Shown piece after piece: positions 63,533-64,000 of a DNA stretch of 64,000 bases (the stretch's first letter is position 1; every line of letters starts with the position of its first letter). The translations under genes were made by a program, and so were the position numbers. Below the pieces are notes generated by a model. That model had not been told where the DNA came from, did not search any database, and saw nothing but the letters and a program-made list of their open reading frames with translations. Source of the stretch: a bacterium (GTDB lineage: Bacteria; Chloroflexota; Dormibacteria; Aeolococcales; Bog-877); contig JAKABB010000003.1 of the NCBI GenBank assembly GCA_021802045.1, positions 2,630 through 66,629 of the forward strand, read 5' to 3'.

Positions 63533-64000
63533 GGGAGGGCCGCGCGGACCGTCACGGTCATGGGCTGTCCCTTGCGCACATGCCGCGCCACCGTCAGCCC
63601 GCGGATGACCGCCCCGAACAGGTTGTAGTGCGCGGGCAGGGAGAAGCGGCTGAGGGTGACAAAGAACTGGCTGCCGTTGGTGTTGGGCCCGCTGTTGGCC
63701 ATGGCCACGGCTCCGGGCAGGTAGGCCCCACCGCGGTAGAGGGGGCCCCGGACCGGCTCGTCCCCGAAGGTGTAGCCGGGCCCGCCGGCCATGGTGTTCA
63801 GGGGGCTGCCGCCCTGGATGACCGGGCCACCCGGGGCGGTGGACGGGTCACGCACCCATCTGAGGCCGTCGAAGAAGTGGTTGCGGGCCAGCATGACGAA
63901 GTTGTTGACCGTGTGCGGCGCCCAGCTGGGCACCAGGCAGACGGTGAACTGGCCTGCCGGCCCGCTGACCGTGGCCAGGTAGAGCCGGTGCACGTTGATG
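63529..64000 (-). CDS. Cyclophilin-type peptidyl-prolyl cis-trans isomerase, 5' end possibly beyond the window
   Basis: Motifs APHTVNNFVMLARNHFFDG, GGPGYTFGDE, MANSGPNTNGSQFFV and LFGAVIRG are present. The frame remains open to position 64000. Confidence 0.85.
   Translation of the reverse strand, partial: INVHRLYLATVSGPAGQFTVCLVPSWAPHTVNNFVMLARNHFFDGLRWVRDPSTAPGGPVIQGGSPLNTMAGGPGYTFGDEPVRGPLYRGGAYLPGAVAMANSGPNTNGSQFFVTLSRFSLPAHYNLFGAVIRGLTVARHVRKGQPMTVTVRAALP

Noticed and set aside
1-64000. CRISPR arrays, transposases/IS elements, integrases, toxin-antitoxin pairs and known defence-system genes
   Set aside because: I read through all sizeable ORFs and intergenic gaps and recognised no spaced direct repeats, no DDE/tyrosine-recombinase motifs and no defence-type nuclease/ATPase pairs. 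The PLD-family protein has a standard two-HKD layout and lies in a housekeeping context.

Overview
This is a very GC-rich chromosomal segment. I estimate about 70% GC or more by eye, not computed, and stop codons are rare enough that spurious ORFs fill every frame. The gene set looks Actinomycetota-like: ppgK, an LDH-type mdh, a 14-subunit nuo operon, rph-rdgB and tatA-tatC. I can support about 55 protein genes and 3 tRNAs (Gly-TCC, Gln-TTG, Pro-TGG).

Most of the content is housekeeping:
- mdh, ppa and complex I (nuoA-D and nuoE-N)
- an APC permease, a class-V aminotransferase and a quinone oxidoreductase
- a fabF-acp-fabD-fabG block, hpnH, ppgK, osmC and acetoacetyl-CoA synthetase
- gnd-zwf, a PLD-family protein, MscS and a GAF/PAS/GGDEF/EAL protein
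- rdgB, rph, tatC, tatA, hemL and a cyclophilin

I found no rRNA, CRISPR array, transposase, integrase, prophage or recognisable defence system.

The features most worth a second look are:
1. An Arn/PpgS-like lipid-carrier glycosylation module is physically entwined with the complex I operon. It comprises a GT2, an SDR epimerase, a flippase-like::GT-C fusion, a PAP2 phosphatase and a NodB lipoprotein. The GT2 start overlaps the nuoN stop, and a Wzx/MOP-type flippase lies on the opposite strand between nuoD and nuoE.
2. A 1007-aa secreted protein carries an IPT/TIG domain and three tandem ~120-aa C-terminal repeats.
3. An Rrf2 regulator with IscR-like Cys3His ligands is divergent from a CuA-like cupredoxin that lacks one His ligand.
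4. A ~1.1-1.3 kb stretch after tRNA-Gly has no credible CDS and has all six frames open at once. It is followed by a near-consensus promoter and a ~220-nt leader upstream of the permease.

All family assignments rest on motifs I recognise by reading the translations. No searches were run. Several start codons are ambiguous and are noted in the evidence.
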